Source: Octopus sinensis (taxonomy: Eukaryota). From it: a DNA stretch of 64,000 nt. Location of the stretch: NCBI RefSeq assembly GCF_006345805.1, contig NC_043026.1:4340001-4404000 (forward strand). Direction: 5' to 3'. This document shows, one piece after another, positions 1-14,617 of the stretch. Position numbers and translations under genes: made by a program. How positions within the stretch are numbered: position 1 is the first letter of the stretch; each line of letters begins with the position of its first letter. The notes under the pieces were generated by a model that was given only the letters and a program-made list of their open reading frames with translations, made no database searches and was not told the DNA's origin.

Positions 1-27
1 AAAGGAGAGAGAAACAAATACGGAGGA

Positions 28-336
28 TCATCATCATCATCATCGTTAAACGTCTGTTTTCCGTGCTAGCACGGGTTGGGCAGTGCGACCGGGGTCTCGG
101 AAGCCAGGAGACTGCACCAGGCTCCAGTCTGATCTGGCAGTGTTTCTACAGGTGGATGACCTTCCTAACGCCATTCACTCTGTGAGTATAGTGGGTGCTT
201 TTTTCGTGCCGTCGGCACTGGTGCCAGGGGGCTCGCAGTGGCAACGATCAGTTGGTGCTTTTTACGTGCCACCGGCACAGAAGCAAGTCAAGGCGGTGCT
301 GCAATCGGCCACGTTCGGATGGGGCATTTTACGTGC
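28..336 (-). mobile_element. Dispersed copy of RTE LINE 3' UTR (5'-truncated LINE or RTE-tailed SINE) ending in a (GAT)n tail
   Basis: (CAT)n-cgttaaacgtc...ggatgaccttcctaacgcc...ggtgcttttt(a)cgtgcc matches the sequence directly downstream of the RTE ORF at 61,900-62,330. Confidence 0.75.
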
Positions 337-404
337 TGAAAGGAAGCAACAGAAAGTAACAACCACACTCTTACCCGCGCGTAGAGCGGGTCACCTTCAG
401 CTAG

Positions 405-439
<35 letters not shown>

Positions 440-534
440 ATATATATACATATATACATACACACACACACACACAAGCACACATGCACTAGAACAGATT
501 AAACACCTTCATAATTGCACTCAAATATTTATCA

Positions 535-565
<31 letters not shown>

Positions 566-1717
566 CATATATACACAAACACACACTCATATATTCAGGA
601 TGGACTTCTTTCTGTTTCTGTCTACCAAAGCCACTCACAAAGCTTTGGTTATAGTAGATGACACTTGCTCAAGGTGCCACACGGTGGGACTGAACCTGGA
701 ACCATGTAGTTGGGAAGCAAGCCTCTTATCACAAAGACACTCCTGTTGTTATTTGGATTTGATTTTCACTTCCTCCCTCTTAAGGTCTAAAAATCCATTT
801 TGAAATAATTCCAGTTGTTTCCAACTGATAAAGCATTCATTTACATTTACTCAACAACTCAAGGGTTTTGTTTACACATTGGTCCCCAAAATGCAAGTAT
901 TCACATCCCCACCACCACCGCCACCACAAAAAAAACCCCACTCTCATCATCATCATCATCTTATTCATTAGTTTCAGCTGTTATTTATTAAAAATATAAT
1001 GCTTTGTGTATTGTTTTTGTTTTCCTGTACACCACCTCATTCTTTCCTCTCTCGCTCTCTCTTTCTCTCTCTTACTCTCTCTCTTTCTCACTTTCACTCT
1101 CTCTCCCTCTCTCTCTCTTCAAATAATCACTCTGAAATCCTTTGATCCTTGTTGTTCTTTTGATTTCGTTTCCCCTCCCTCCCTCTCAACATCTAACAAT
1201 CTGCTTTTGTGTCACAATGGCTAAGCTGCCTTTAGACAAAAATAAATATAATTGAAACCTCTTTGCAAACTGATAACACATTCATTGACAGATTCGGGGT
1301 CATCTCAAGGGTTTTGCTTTTAAAACCCTTAGAAACTGGGGTTTTTCTAATGAATATGCATTGTTCAGTATAAATTTCACTTTCTTCAGTCTGGATGCAA
1401 ATACTTACACCAACACCACCAACAACAACAACAACAGCATTATCACCTTCATCATCATCATCATCACCATCACAATCATTGTGTTATTTTGAATTTATTA
1501 AAAATAAATTTATTTATTCTCTTTTTATTTCCGTTCACTGATTAAAAAGGTGAAGCAGCACCTTTGGGTGTTTTCCTTTTTCCTATCAGAATACAATCTT
1601 GGATGTTTTCATATATTCATAAGTTCAATTAGAGGTGAGTTTCGCCTTAGTTAAGGGATGGCACCATTCAAGGAGTTGCTGGTTAAATACCTAACATGTT
1701 TAGGGAAAATGATAGGA

Positions 1718-1963
1718 AAATGGGATCTACCAATACTATATTTGCATACACATGCATAAACTAAGAATATGCAAATGAAACTAATAAATTATAGTAACTA
1801 AGGAGTTTATATACAATTATAAATATTTAGGGGTGAAAAAAGTATTCTTAGTTTATGCAAGTGAATGCAAATATAGTATTGGTATATCCCATTTATGTTC
1901 ATTAGAAATCAAATAAATGAGGAATTATGACACATCACGAATATTTATTTGCCCACCACTGTA
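1718..1963. mobile_element. Non-autonomous DNA-transposon remnant with a ~52-bp internal inverted repeat and a Tc1-like terminus
   Basis: 1718-1769 is the reverse complement of 1843-1894 (3 mismatches); ends in tttgcccaccactgTA, like a Tc1/mariner TIR plus TA. Confidence 0.5.
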
Positions 1964-2573
1964 TGTATATATTTGTTTGTCTGTGGTTGTCCACACCATT
2001 GCTTGACAACCGATGTTGGTGTGTTTACATCCCTGTAACTTTGTGGTTCAGCAACAGTGGACTGACAGAATGAGTACAAGGCTTACAATGAATAAGTCCT
2101 GGGGTTGATATGCTGACTGAAGGTGTGCTCCAACATGGCCACTGTCATGTAACTAAAAGAATATCTATACACAGACACACACACACACATATATATACAT
2201 ATGTAGTATTGACCTCTGGTGTAACGGTCACGGCCATGCAGGGGCACCACAGTATCATCATATTCTCTATCTATCTTTCTTTCTATCTATTTATCTAACC
2301 ATCCATCTTTATAGATATATAAACACTCTTTTATTCTTTTACTTGTTTCAGCAATGGGACTGTGGTCATGCTGGAGCAATGCCTTAAAGGGCTTTAGCCA
2401 AACAAATCGACTTCAGGGCTTACTCTTTGAAAGCTTAGTACATATTCTGGCAGTCTTTTTTGCCGAATGAAATTACAGGGATGTAAACACACCACCATCG
2501 GTTGTCAAGTTATGATGAGGGTGGGAGGGAGGCTGACACACAGCCAGGCACACCTACATGCACATGAATCTAT

Positions 2574-2624
2574 ATATATATATATTTATCTATCTATCTA
2601 TCTATCTCTCTATCTATCTATCTA

Positions 2625-2705
<81 letters not shown>

Positions 2706-2730
2706 ATGTATATATATATACATATATTTA
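2574..2730. repeat. Compound microsatellite (TA)n/(TATC)n/(TC)n/(TG)n
   Basis: Directly visible. Confidence 0.95.
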
Positions 2731-3087
2731 TGTCTGATGGGCTCACTTCAGTTTCCATCTGACAAGGTCCACTTACAAGGCCCGAGGTCAAAATAGAAGA
2801 GAATTGCCCTAGGTGCCATGCAGTAGGACTGAACACAGAACCCTGTGGTTGGAAAGCAAACTTCTTACCACACAGGAACACCTGTGCCTATACATTTGTG
2901 GAGCACACAAACATGTGTATATATATATATAGCCCGTCATATTCCCGTGTCAGGCCGAAGAACGAAATGTTCCCAAGATAAGAGAGTCTTTCTAATCTAA
3001 TGTTGTGGTTGAGCTGTTTATTATTTATTATTATTACTATTATTATTAGTATTAGTATTGTCCCTTTGATCCTCGGTCGAAAATTTG

Positions 3088-3113
3088 CTTATTATTATTA
3101 TTATTATTATTAC

Positions 3114-3151
<38 letters not shown>

Positions 3152-3154
3152 TAC

Positions 3155-3202
<48 letters not shown>

Positions 3203-3203
3203 T
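3088..3203. repeat. (TTA)n microsatellite
   Basis: Directly visible; source of the spurious poly-Y/I/L ORFs. Confidence 0.95.
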
Positions 3204-3679
3204 TTCAGCTTCGCCTTGTATTGCATATTATTTCTCCATACAGGGGTTTTTTCAATGGCGGCCCATTTTCGCGGGGTTCCACTATTTCCCTTCTCTCTCT
3301 TCCTCTTTTACGTTGTCTGCATCCCCCTCTTCCTTTGCTAAGAGCATTTTTAAGCCAGCCATCATATTCCCGGTGCACCCGCCCTTGCCCACCCCCACCA
3401 CCACCAAACCGGATATCTCTAATCTCTATATTTTTGCTCCATCTATACCGGATGTCGCTTCTCCCACCACCATTATAGGTGTCTACTCTTCGAACCCCCC
3501 TCTTCAATACGCTATTTCACCATGCTTACCCCTCTCTTGATATCCTACGTTCTACTTGCCTAGAAACCTGTCATCATTTCTCTGAACCACCCCTCCCCAC
3601 TGGTGCTCCCCTATATTTCTCCCCCCCCCCCCACATAAAAAGCCCATCCGAACGTGGCCGATGCCAGACCCCTCTGGCA

Positions 3680-3879
3680 CTGTGCAGGTGGCACGTAAAA
3701 ACACCCACTACACTCGCGGAGTGGTTGGCGTTAGGAAGGCATCCAGCTGTAGAACACTGCCAGACTAGACTGGAGCCTGGGGCAGTCCCGAGCTCCCCAG
3801 ACCCCGGTCGAAACCGTCCAACCCGTGCAAGCGCGGAAAACGGACGTTAAACGATGATGATGATGATGATGATGATGAT
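3680..3879 (+). mobile_element. RTE 3' UTR-derived repeat copy with (GAT)n tail
   Basis: ggcacgtaaaa...gtggttggcgttaggaaggcatccagctgtag...ggacgttaaacgatgatgat. Confidence 0.75.
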
Positions 3880-3881
3880 TA

Positions 3882-3925
<44 letters not shown>

Positions 3926-4074
3926 ATGTATTTATTATGGTAGTTTGACTTTAATAATCCCTCGTAGTGTGAAGCATTTATGTATGGTAATGCCCTGATA
4001 TATAAACATATATATGTGTAAATGTTTGTTGTATAGCTAGAATGATGGATGTATATATATATATATATATATCC

Positions 4075-4908
4075 ATTCATATGCTCCCAGTCATCTTCCC
4101 AAATACATTCGTAAACTATGACAAGATATACTCTGACATGCGGGTTCCATTCCTTCTCTGCCGATTATATTCGTAGTCTCGTTATGTTGATTTGGGGGCA
4201 TCAGTCTCACAGATTTTATTTTAGAAATCCACCCCATACGTATTCAGTTAGTCTCTTGTACTGAAGCACAAACCAAATCTAGACATATATTTTGGGAAGG
4301 GACCCTTTGTGAGAAAATATGCAATGCATTCATATAACTGTTGTTTCTAGCAAACTTTGTATTTAAGTTTGTGTCTGTAACTAGTTTTTTGTTGTTGTAT
4401 TAATTTCATTTTAATAATTAAATGCAATTAATGCCTAATTAAAAAATATAATTAAAAGCATGACTATAAAATGCAACTGAATGCAAGAGCTGCTAGTAAT
4501 AGCAGCCAAATTTACAGAGAAAACAGCCCCATATTGTCTCACGTAACTCCATACATATTTTATATAGCTAGAGTTGCTTGAAATAGCAGCCAAATGCCCC
4601 TCCAATCCACTGTACTTCTGAAATTAGCTACAGTTTAAAATTTAAATTCACGCCTGTTGTCATGCAAAAAACAAATCCATACAACAGGTCCATTAAACTG
4701 TGTCATTTCATATGCTAGAAACAACAGCAAGTGTTTAGCAAAAATATATACAAAGACGGACAGAGAAAAAACTGGGAGGAAAGCAAAAACCAAAAAAGAT
4801 CGAAATATATAATGTATCAATGTTAAATGTACTTGCTAGAAATAGCAGCCAAAACTCACTGAATCACAGCTGTCTGTCTATCTATTTGTCTGTCTGTCTG
4901 TTTGTCTC

Positions 4909-4947
<39 letters not shown>

Positions 4948-7900
4948 TCTTTTATTCTTGTACATTTATTTATTCTTTTATTTGTTTCAGTTATTTCACT
5001 GTGGCCCTGCTGGAGCACCACCTTCCTGGGTTTCTGTCAAACAAATCTTTGTAAGTTTAGTACTTATTCTATCAGTCTCTTTTGTCAAATCAAAGTCACA
5101 GGGACATAAACAGACCAACATCGGTTGTCATACGATGGGGATGTGTGGTGTAGGGTAGACACATACAAATGAATATGTTATATATATATATATATACACT
5201 CATATAGATATACACACATACATATATGATGGGCTTCTTTCAGTTTCCATCTAGCAGATCCACTCACAAGGCTTTGGTTGGCTTAAGGGTCATTTAAAAG
5301 ACACTTGCCTAAGGTGCCACACAGTAGGATTGAACCTGGAAACATGTGGTTGGGAAGCAAACTTCTTATGACAGAGCCTGGCCGATGCCAGTTTGCATTA
5401 CTGGTACCTGTGTCGACTCGTTTCTTTCGTCCTTCTCTTCCCATTGTCTTCCCACACACATTCTAAACGACACCAAGGTATACTCACAACATGTTGGTTC
5501 CATTCCTTCCTCTGCCGATTTTACTCGTTGTCTTGTTGTTTCTGTCAATTCTGGGGCACCAGTCTCAAGGATTTTATTTCAGAAAATCGACCCCAAACAT
5601 ATTCCCTCCGTCCCTTCTACTCAAACAACAAACTAAACCTAGGCACAAGCTTTGGAAAGGAGACTTTATAAAAAAATATGTGATACATCCTTTAACTGTT
5701 GTTTCTAGCTTCAACTTGTATTTAATTGTGCATTTGTAACTATTTTATAGACTTGCTGCTAGAAATAGCAGTCAAAACTCACTGAATCACAGCTGTCTAT
5801 CTATCTATTTGTCTTATATGGTTTCCAGTTTTGTATAATTTATTTGGAATAATTAAATGGAAAATGAAGTCTAATTTAGAAAAAGAAAACGAAAATTCTT
5901 GATGTATAAGAATAAATGAAAGCAAGGTCTGCTAGAAATAGCAGCCAAATCTACGTCGAAACAGCATCATACTGCCGCCTCACGTAACTCCATCCATATT
6001 TATATATGAGCCGATAAAAATTGAAGCCAATGAAAATGATAGCTAGATTTGTTTGAAATAGCAGCCAATGTCCCTCCAATCTGCTGTAGTTCTGAAATTA
6101 ACTCAGTCTATAAATTCTACACCTATTTGTCACGCAAAACAAGACAAATACAAAGGGTCCATTAAACTGAGACGTTTCCTATGCTAGAAACAACAGCAAA
6201 CTCGAGCAAAATATATGCGAAGAAGGAAACAGAAAATCTGAGAGGGAGGCAGAAAGAAAGACATTAAAATATAGAATGTTTCAATGCTTAATGGATGCGA
6301 GTTACTGCTAGAAATAGCAGCCAAATCTCACATCTGTCTGTTTATCTATCGAAGGGGTTCCCACCTTTTTTATTGCCCTGCACCCTTAAAACCTTTAATA
6401 TGTTCTCACACCCCTTAAGTAATAGTTTATATAAGAATAAAGGTGCCCGGAGCAATTACCGACTTGAACCCATATAAATCCCGCCCTGCTCGCACCCCCA
6501 AGCGGTGTGTGCACCCCTGGGTGGACACCCTGCATCTAAATATATTACATTCTTTGTTTCTTTACTTGTTTCAGTTATTTGACTGCGGCCATGCTGGAGC
6601 ACTGCCTTAAAGGGTTTTAGTCAACAAAATCGACCCCCCCAGGATTTATTCTTCGTAAGCCTAGGACTTATTCTATCGTCTCTTTTGCCAAACTAACTTA
6701 AAGGGTTGTAAACAGACCAACATAGGTTGTCAAGTGATGGTTATGTGGGGTGGGGTTCAATATACACACATGAAATATATATTTATATAATACACACAGA
6801 TATATACACTCACACATATATATATAGGGGCAATGGCTGTGTGGTTAGGGAGCTTGCTTCCTAGCTACATGGTTCGGGTTCAGTCCCACTGCGTGGCACA
6901 TTGGGTAGGTGTCTTTCACTATAGCCCCGAGGCCGACCGGAGCTTTGGATTGAATTCGGTAGGTGGAAGTTACTACTACTGCCGTGTGTGTATGTGTGCG
7001 TGTAGCTGCTCAGTGCCTCTCCCAAAGAGAGAGAGGGGATATCTGTTGTACTATAGGCACGAGGCCTGAAAGTTTGGCGGGTGGGGGGGGGGAGTTGATA
7101 ACAACATCGAATCCAACGTTTCACTGTACTGTCATTTATTGACCCTGAAAGGTTGAAAGGCAAAGTTAACCCTGACGAAATTTGAACTCAAAATATAGTG
7201 ACAGGTGAACCAACCGCTACGTACTATTTTGTCCGGTGCACTAACAATTCTGCCAGCTCACCTCTGTGTGTGTGTGTGTGTGGTGTGTGTGTAATTATAT
7301 ATATATATATAATATTTATACATATACATATACATATACATATACAAATTTATAAACTGCAATTAATTTCAGAAGAACAGTAGATTGGAGGGGCATTTAG
7401 CTGCTATTGTCAAACAACTCTAGCTATCATGTACACTTCATCTTTCATCATTCATATAATATATAAATATGTATGGAGTTAGAAGAGATGGTATGATGTT
7501 GTTTCCAACGTAGTTTGGCTGCTACATCTAGCAGCTCTGGCATTCGTTTGATTTTACACACGATTAATACATATACTATATATATATATTACATACATAT
7601 ATATATATATACATATATATATATTATATAATATATATATATAGTGAAGGACGTGGCTCAGTGGTTAGAGCATCGAGCTTACGATCGTGAGGTTGTGAGC
7701 TCGAATCCCGGACCGGGCGGGTGTGTTGTGTTCTTGAGCAAGGCACTTTATTCCACGTTGCTCCAGTTCACTCAGCTGTAGAAATGAGTTGCGACGTCAC
7801 AGGTGCCAAGCTGTATCAGCCCTTGCCTTTCCCTTGGATAACATCGGTGATGTGGAGAGGGGAGGCCGGTATGCATGGGCGACTGCTGGTCTTCCATAAA

Positions 7901-8004
7901 ACAACCTTGCCCAGACTTGTGCCTCAGAGGCTAACTCTCTAGGTGCAAACCCATGGTCAGTGTCTGACCAAAGGGGTCACACAATATATATAGATATATA
8001 TATA

Positions 8005-8049
<45 letters not shown>

Positions 8050-9160
8050 GTATGTTGTGTATAATATATGATGGCTTCTTTTAGTTTCCGCCAACCAAAT
8101 TCTACCACCCACAGGCTTTGGTTGGCCAGATGCTGTAGTAAGAAGACACTTGCCCAAGTTGTCATACAGGTGGGACTGAACCCCCGAGTGTGTGGTTGGG
8201 AAACAAGCTTCTTACACACAGCCACACCTGTATGTGATGCATGTTGTATAGTTAGATGGAGGGAGATATATAATATATAAGTACAAATGTATATACATAG
8301 ATATCAATCCATTCGTTGTGTTCCCAGTCGTCTTCCCTCACACACTCCTAAACGACGCAAAGATATTCTCCTAAATGTGGGTTCCATTCCTTCCTCTGCC
8401 GAATACATCCATACCCTTGTTGCTTATGCTGATTTAGGGGCACCAGTCTCAGATTTTATTTCAGAAACCCGACCCCCATCCCCTATACATATTCACTCAG
8501 TCTCTTGTACTGAAGCACAACTTTACGTAGACACACGTTTTTGGAAAGGAAACTGTGTAAAAGAAACATGAATACTTCTATATAGCTGCTGTTTCTAGCA
8601 TATGTAAGTGTGTGTTTGTAACTAGTTTTGGTTGTTGTATTAATTAATTTCACTGTAATACTTAAATGCAAATTAAAAGTTTAATTTAATGAGAAAATTA
8701 AATTAATCATGTTGTAAAATGCAAACGAATGCCACAGAGCTGCTAGATTAGCAGCCAAATCTACGTTGAAACAACATCATACCGTCTCTTCTAACTCCAT
8801 ACATATTTATATATTAGCTGATGAAAGCTGAAGTGTACATGATAGCTAGAGTTGTTTTTGAAATAGCAGCTAAATGCCCCTCCAATCTACTGTTCTTCTG
8901 AAATTAATTGCAGTTTATAAATTGTACACCTATTTGTCACACGACACAAATCCAATACAACAGGTCCATGAAACTGCAACTGCACAACATTTCATATGCT
9001 AGAAAACAGCAAGAGCTTAGCAAAATTATATGCAAAGACGGACACAGAAAACGAGAGAAGGATGCAGAAAACCCTATCTAAATATATAACGTATCAATGC
9101 TTAATGTACAGTAGACCTGCTGCAAGAAATAACAGCCAAATCTCACAGCCATCCATTTGT
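4075..9160. repeat. Region with three diverged copies of a ~0.8-0.9 kb module (approx. 4075-4880, 5420-6340, 8305-9160)
   Basis: Shared blocks such as ggttccattccttc(c)tctgccga, ggggcaccagtctca, caggtccat(t/g)aaactg, atatgctagaaa(c)aacagcaa, plus repeated gaaatagcagccaaa. Confidence 0.75.
7649..7981 (+). mobile_element. tRNA-derived SINE
   Basis: A box tggctcagtgg and B box gctcgaatcc, followed by a SINE body (ttgagcaaggcacttta...cactcagctgtagaaatgag). Confidence 0.75.
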
Positions 9161-11499
9161 CTGTTACTCTCTTTTCTTCTCAGAATTTGGGAGCAGAGAT
9201 TTTCCTTGTAATCTTCACCCACATCGACATTCAGTCCCAGGGCACCCATGGAGACTTCCGCTTTCTACCATACGCATATGTGATCATTCTTTGTCTAAAG
9301 AAAACAAGGCCTGGAATTCTAGTAGAGGCAACTAATTGACACCAACGACCCTGCGTGTGAACGATTCTGTCACCTCATCGGCTTATACACACACACACAC
9401 ACACATACCATAACAGATCTATCTACCCCTCTCTCTCTAATTTACTTTTTACTATTAGCACAAGGCCTGCAATTACTGTGGGCAACTAATCAATGACTTC
9501 ATCCTTAGTATTTGACTGGTACTTAATTTATTGACCCTGGAACGATGAAATGGATAAATCGACCGAGGCAGAACTTGAACTCACAACATGAAGCTGTACA
9601 AAATGTGATTAAGCATTTCCTCTAGCATGGCAACGATTCTACCAATTTCCCCACTGATACACACACACACACACACCATAGCAACAATAATATATATCAA
9701 TATAGTTGTACTAATACATCTCCTTCTAGAAATAGCAGTCAAATCTCCTGAAATCACACATCATACTGTGTAATATTTGAGGGGATTATCTGCAATGAAA
9801 GTAGGCTCGTTGGAATTACCAATTAATTACAGCGTACTCTCTTATGTGTGTCTGATGAGGCCATGCAGGACCCCTATCTGGTGACTAGACCACTTTCGGT
9901 AAATGTCGATTTAACCTGTCCCCTTAAAATTTCTGGTGTGGATGAGGAACTATAATTCTTTTTGAGGTCTGGGAGTCACTTCTTGTATATGTGTGAATAT
10001 AGTTGTATCGATATTTTCTCTTGCAGAAATAGCAGTCAAATCCCTTTAAATCACACATTATACTGTGTAATGCCTGAAGGAAATATTTGCATTGTGACTC
10101 AGTTTGTTAGAAATAGAGAGAGAGAGAGAGAGGGATGAGCGAGAGTGAAAAAGAAGGTGCTATATGGAGGGATCGATGGAATAAATACAAGCTTAAACAC
10201 AAAGATGTACTGGGTTCAATTCTTCGACTAGAAATTCTTCAAGGTGTTGCTCCAGCATGGCCACAGTCTAATGTCTGAAACACGTTAAAGATAAAAGATA
10301 CACACAGACACAGGCATACTTTTATGCATTTGTTTTGCCGGATTCTTCATGTGAAGTTGCGTGTTGAAAGAGACATTGTTGTATTTCATGATGGTCATGT
10401 CTTTTCTTTCATTACATAATAAATAGAGAGAGAGAGAGAGCCGTTATAGTGTGCGTGTGTGTGTGTGTGTGTGTAGTTTGTAAAATCTCAGGAAGTAAAG
10501 TGAGTCAGCACATCAAAGTGGCTGCTGAAAGTTACTACTAGTTTAACCCCAGGCAGATTCTCCACCAGCGGGTTATCGCTGCTACACTGCACCCTATATA
10601 TACAATATCTTGTTAGCAGTGGTGGGGAGGGGGTGTCGTACCTCGGTAAACTTTCAGATTAACACCCGCACGATTTTCACCAAGAAAAGTCTTGAAAAAA
10701 TTACAAAAATCGATTCCAGGGGAGAATGCGATTGCAAAGCCATGGGAACGTGCATTTGTACGCACAAGTACATCAGATGTTGCAATCGATACTACGCATA
10801 CGCGAGAAAATTGCACGTGCAGTTTGCGCAAAAAAGCCGGCTGGCTTGAAATAATGCCACAAAATGCAGAATATTTAAGAGACCAAAAAAGTAAGATGCA
10901 AAAGAGATATTTTCTCCAAACTTGGCATGAAGGAAGGAAAAACTATTTGTTTCTGAAGAAGTCTTTTCTTTTTTTTCCTTAATTTCGTTTAACAAAACCA
11001 AAACCTTTTATTGAAATAAAGGCATGCTTAATTATTTTTTAATGAAAAGAAAACACAGATTGTTTTTTATTCAAGGAAGAAAATATAATTTTCTTGTAAT
11101 AAATGATTTTCCATGTTTGTGTTCTCCCAGTCTACAGACTTATCATTTCTGGTACTTTAAACTCTTCAGTTGCATATTTGGGTGAATAAAATCGTTTTTC
11201 TTTTGAATAGAAAAAAGTCTATCTTTATTTCTTCTTTTGCTGGTGTCTCAAATTTAGGTTAAATCAGTGCTTCTCAAAGGGGTGGCCTATGGGACTGTCG
11301 GACAAGTTGTTTTGAGGAAATTGGGTTTAAAATGTTTGACAACTCAGCACCGTCCATTGGACGGGGAGAGGAGGGGAGGGCGTTTTGTTCGTATATGTGT
11401 GTGTGTTGTGTTTGTATACATATATATATGTGTGTATGTATATATACATATATATGTATATATATATATATATATATGCATACATATATATTCCTGCAT

Positions 11500-12830
11500 A
11501 TATCATTGAACCTATCATTGATGCTTCTAGAAGTCTCACCTATGTATGACTCTGGGTTAGTGCGCAAGCTCCCTCCTGGCACTTAATCTGGTATACAGTG
11601 CCCTTGTTTTACAATTACATGTGGATTTGTCGAACACACTGCACAATTACTTGACAGGTGATTCTATCAAATGGATATGATCTGCATAATGCCGATTTGA
11701 TAGTCCTACCTGTCTTTTCTACAACTTTAACTTTTAGGCCCGTAGTGCGCAGGACTTTCTTGAATGCCTTACTTAGCTCGTTCTTAGGTGTGGCGTTAAC
11801 GAACATCCTCCGTGAAATCTCCTGTTATCGTACCAAGTAACGTTTTCTCATCTTTTTGTTGGTGTCCCTCTCTAACCTATTCCAGAATTGTTGCGGTACA
11901 GGGGGCATATACCGTTTTCGTCGTTCCTTAGAATGCGTTCGAATCTAGCTTTCGCTCCTTTGTACACCCTGACTCTATCGTCTTGTGTGTATCCGGAGCG
12001 TTGCATTCGGAATATGTAGTGCTGGATGTGTTGTTTTCGTTCTTGTGGTTGGCATAGTGGTGATACATTCCTCATTACTCTAACTAAGTCTGCCACTAGG
12101 ATGTTGAGTTTGGCAGTATCCGACATAGCTGAGTCACTACGGATTACTAGTGGATTAGCCATCGGTTTCTGATAGTGTGAGTGGAGTATACAGGGTTTAA
12201 TGGTACCATTAGCCATAGCATCTTCCATCCATAGCTCAGTATCTAGGACGGGTAATCGTTTACTGGGGTGTTTAGAGGGGTAGTCTATGGTAAGTTTTAT
12301 ACTGCTGTGGATAGAGTCAGCTATGTGTTGTATAGATGTCATCACCTGTTCTTCACTTGGTAGAGGGCCCATAACTGTGTCTGTATCATATTTCACAACA
12401 AGGTTAATGTCGTCGACGTAACGAGAGTACATAGCCAAGTGGATGTTACGGTTTGCTAGGCACTGTTTAAAACGCTTGTCCCACCATACCATGAAGAGGT
12501 TAGCAACGTCACCGGCGATCCCCGCTCCAATAGCACCGCCTTTCGTTTGCTTATACAGTTTGTTGTCAAGTTTAAAAATATGTGTTTTTAGCGTAAATCT
12601 CAGGCTGACACCGATAGCATGTGCGATGGTGGTTCTAATATCGTGTGCACTTGAAGGTGGGTAGTCCGGCTTTGTCCATCCCTGCCAGCGCTCACAGTGA
12701 GTCTTCCTGTAACTGAGGTAATGGTAGGTGGTCTACCGCGTTTGTTACGGGTGGGACAAGCATATAGAAGGTTATTGCGCGACAGGTATTCATTGGTACA
12801 GGTTGCAATGCGTATGTGCAGTTATATACA
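11500..12830 (-). mobile_element. Penelope-like retroelement: RT + Cys-rich linker + GIY-YIG endonuclease, frameshifted; Naiad-type features
   Basis: Manual translation gives HIFKLDNKLYKQTKGGAIG...MVWWD...RYVDD...LPVLD...YQKPM. Linker MFVNATP...VVEKTG...PF..C..C..C...C. Endonuclease GTVYQIKC...YIGETSRSINDRF. Confidence 0.88.
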
Positions 12831-14617
12831 ACGGTATGAGCGGGACGACGTTTGATACGTACAGTTGCACTTAGGCGTTGTGTCCATTCACGGTTAGACG
12901 ATGATGAGAGGAACAAAAAAACACACACCCACCCACACATATATTATATAATGTGGGGTGTGCGTCTATACAAACATATATGTGAATATGTATACAACCT
13001 TCAGCAAAGTAACAGTCATGTACACACTTGGACGGACACATGCCGGTACACGGACATACGTTCATATACACATACACATGTACACACACTCTCACAGACA
13101 CGTCTGCCCATTCTCCTAGACACTCACTCACATACATACGTAGCACGTGAATACAAACATACATACATACCTACGTATGGGCATACACACGTACATGTAA
13201 CGCACACACATACATGGGCACAGGCAATACAAGCGCGTATACCATACATACGCAATACCATACATACATACATACCTACATACATCTACATACATACATC
13301 ATACATACGACATACATACATACATACGCACAATAAAAACAATAGCTCTGTGATATAGAGATAAAATCTGATAATGGATTTTAGGGATAGTTTTGGGAGT
13401 AAGCATCGTAAATCACTTTCTAGCTCGGCCCCGGAGGAAGTTGAATTTGATAGCTTTGTGATGAGTGGTCATTCTACATCCATCCATCGCTACAGGTTTA
13501 TAGCTTTATGTTTTATAGAGTGTATGTGCGTGCATATACACACACATACATATATACATACATACATACATACATGCATACACAGCGTATGTACATACAT
13601 GCATACGTACATACATACACACATTATGCATACATACACACATACATACGTACATATATATGACGAACTACTTTTACTTTCTTAATGCAGCACGGAACTT
13701 TGTCATTGTGAAGAGGTCGCGATTTTAGCGACGAAATATTTTGACGAATTAAACTTAAATGTTGAAGTGAATCGAACGGCTTTTGTGTGTTTCTTAAATG
13801 GCTATAAACACCTTCCACGCTGCAATTGTTATTAGATATATATATTATATAATATATTATATTATATATATATAATATATTATTATGTATGTATAAATAT
13901 GTATATAATACATATGTGTGCCAGGTGACTTTCGAGTGCTACTGGTAACATGTAACCCAGTACAACCTGTTTGCATGGTCGGGCCGTCAGGGACTAAACC
14001 GGCACCCCACAAAGTTTGCTTTGTGTGAGGGTGTTTTAAATTGACAACAAAGTTTGTACGATGTATTGTTTTTTTTTCTTTTTGACGAATAATAAACCTT
14101 TACAAATATAACTTATTTTACCATCTCAACGTAAGCAATCCTACTGAGAAACCTTGAGCACATTATTGAGAAAAATGAGCTCCAATTAAGTTTGTGTAAG
14201 AAATTTTTATTTCGATGAAGCAACAAAAAATTAAGCAGATTTTATGTTCTTTTTTAATTTTGTTTTTTCCTTTTAGAAAATTTTGTCCAATCTGTTTCTT
14301 TTCTTTCGGTGTGTGTCTACTTTCGGAATTGTAGGCTCGGATGAAGCTGAAACACTAATCTTGCTCCACATTTTTTTTCTTACAACATATTTATTAAACA
14401 AAATACAGCGGAATAAGGCCGTAAAAGGAATTATCATTCAAAACGACTTTAAATGTATTCTTCTTCAAAATTTCCTTAATAATTATGTATTTTCTGAAAA
14501 TATGAGGAAAAAATTCAGTGGGGCACTAAACAGTAGACCTACCATCTCTCCCTCTATCTCTATCTCTCTCATCCTAATCTCTGTCTAATTATCTTTATCT
14601 AGGCAATCTTACGGTTA

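Noticed and set aside
9850-9875. ctgatgaggcc hammerhead start
   Set aside because: No matching stem II closure or GAAA, and the paralogue near 51,430 does not conserve it.
11500-12940. Selenocysteine recoding in the Penelope-like ORF
   Set aside because: Breaks seen are frameshifts; no in-frame TGA at a conserved Cys and no SECIS identified.
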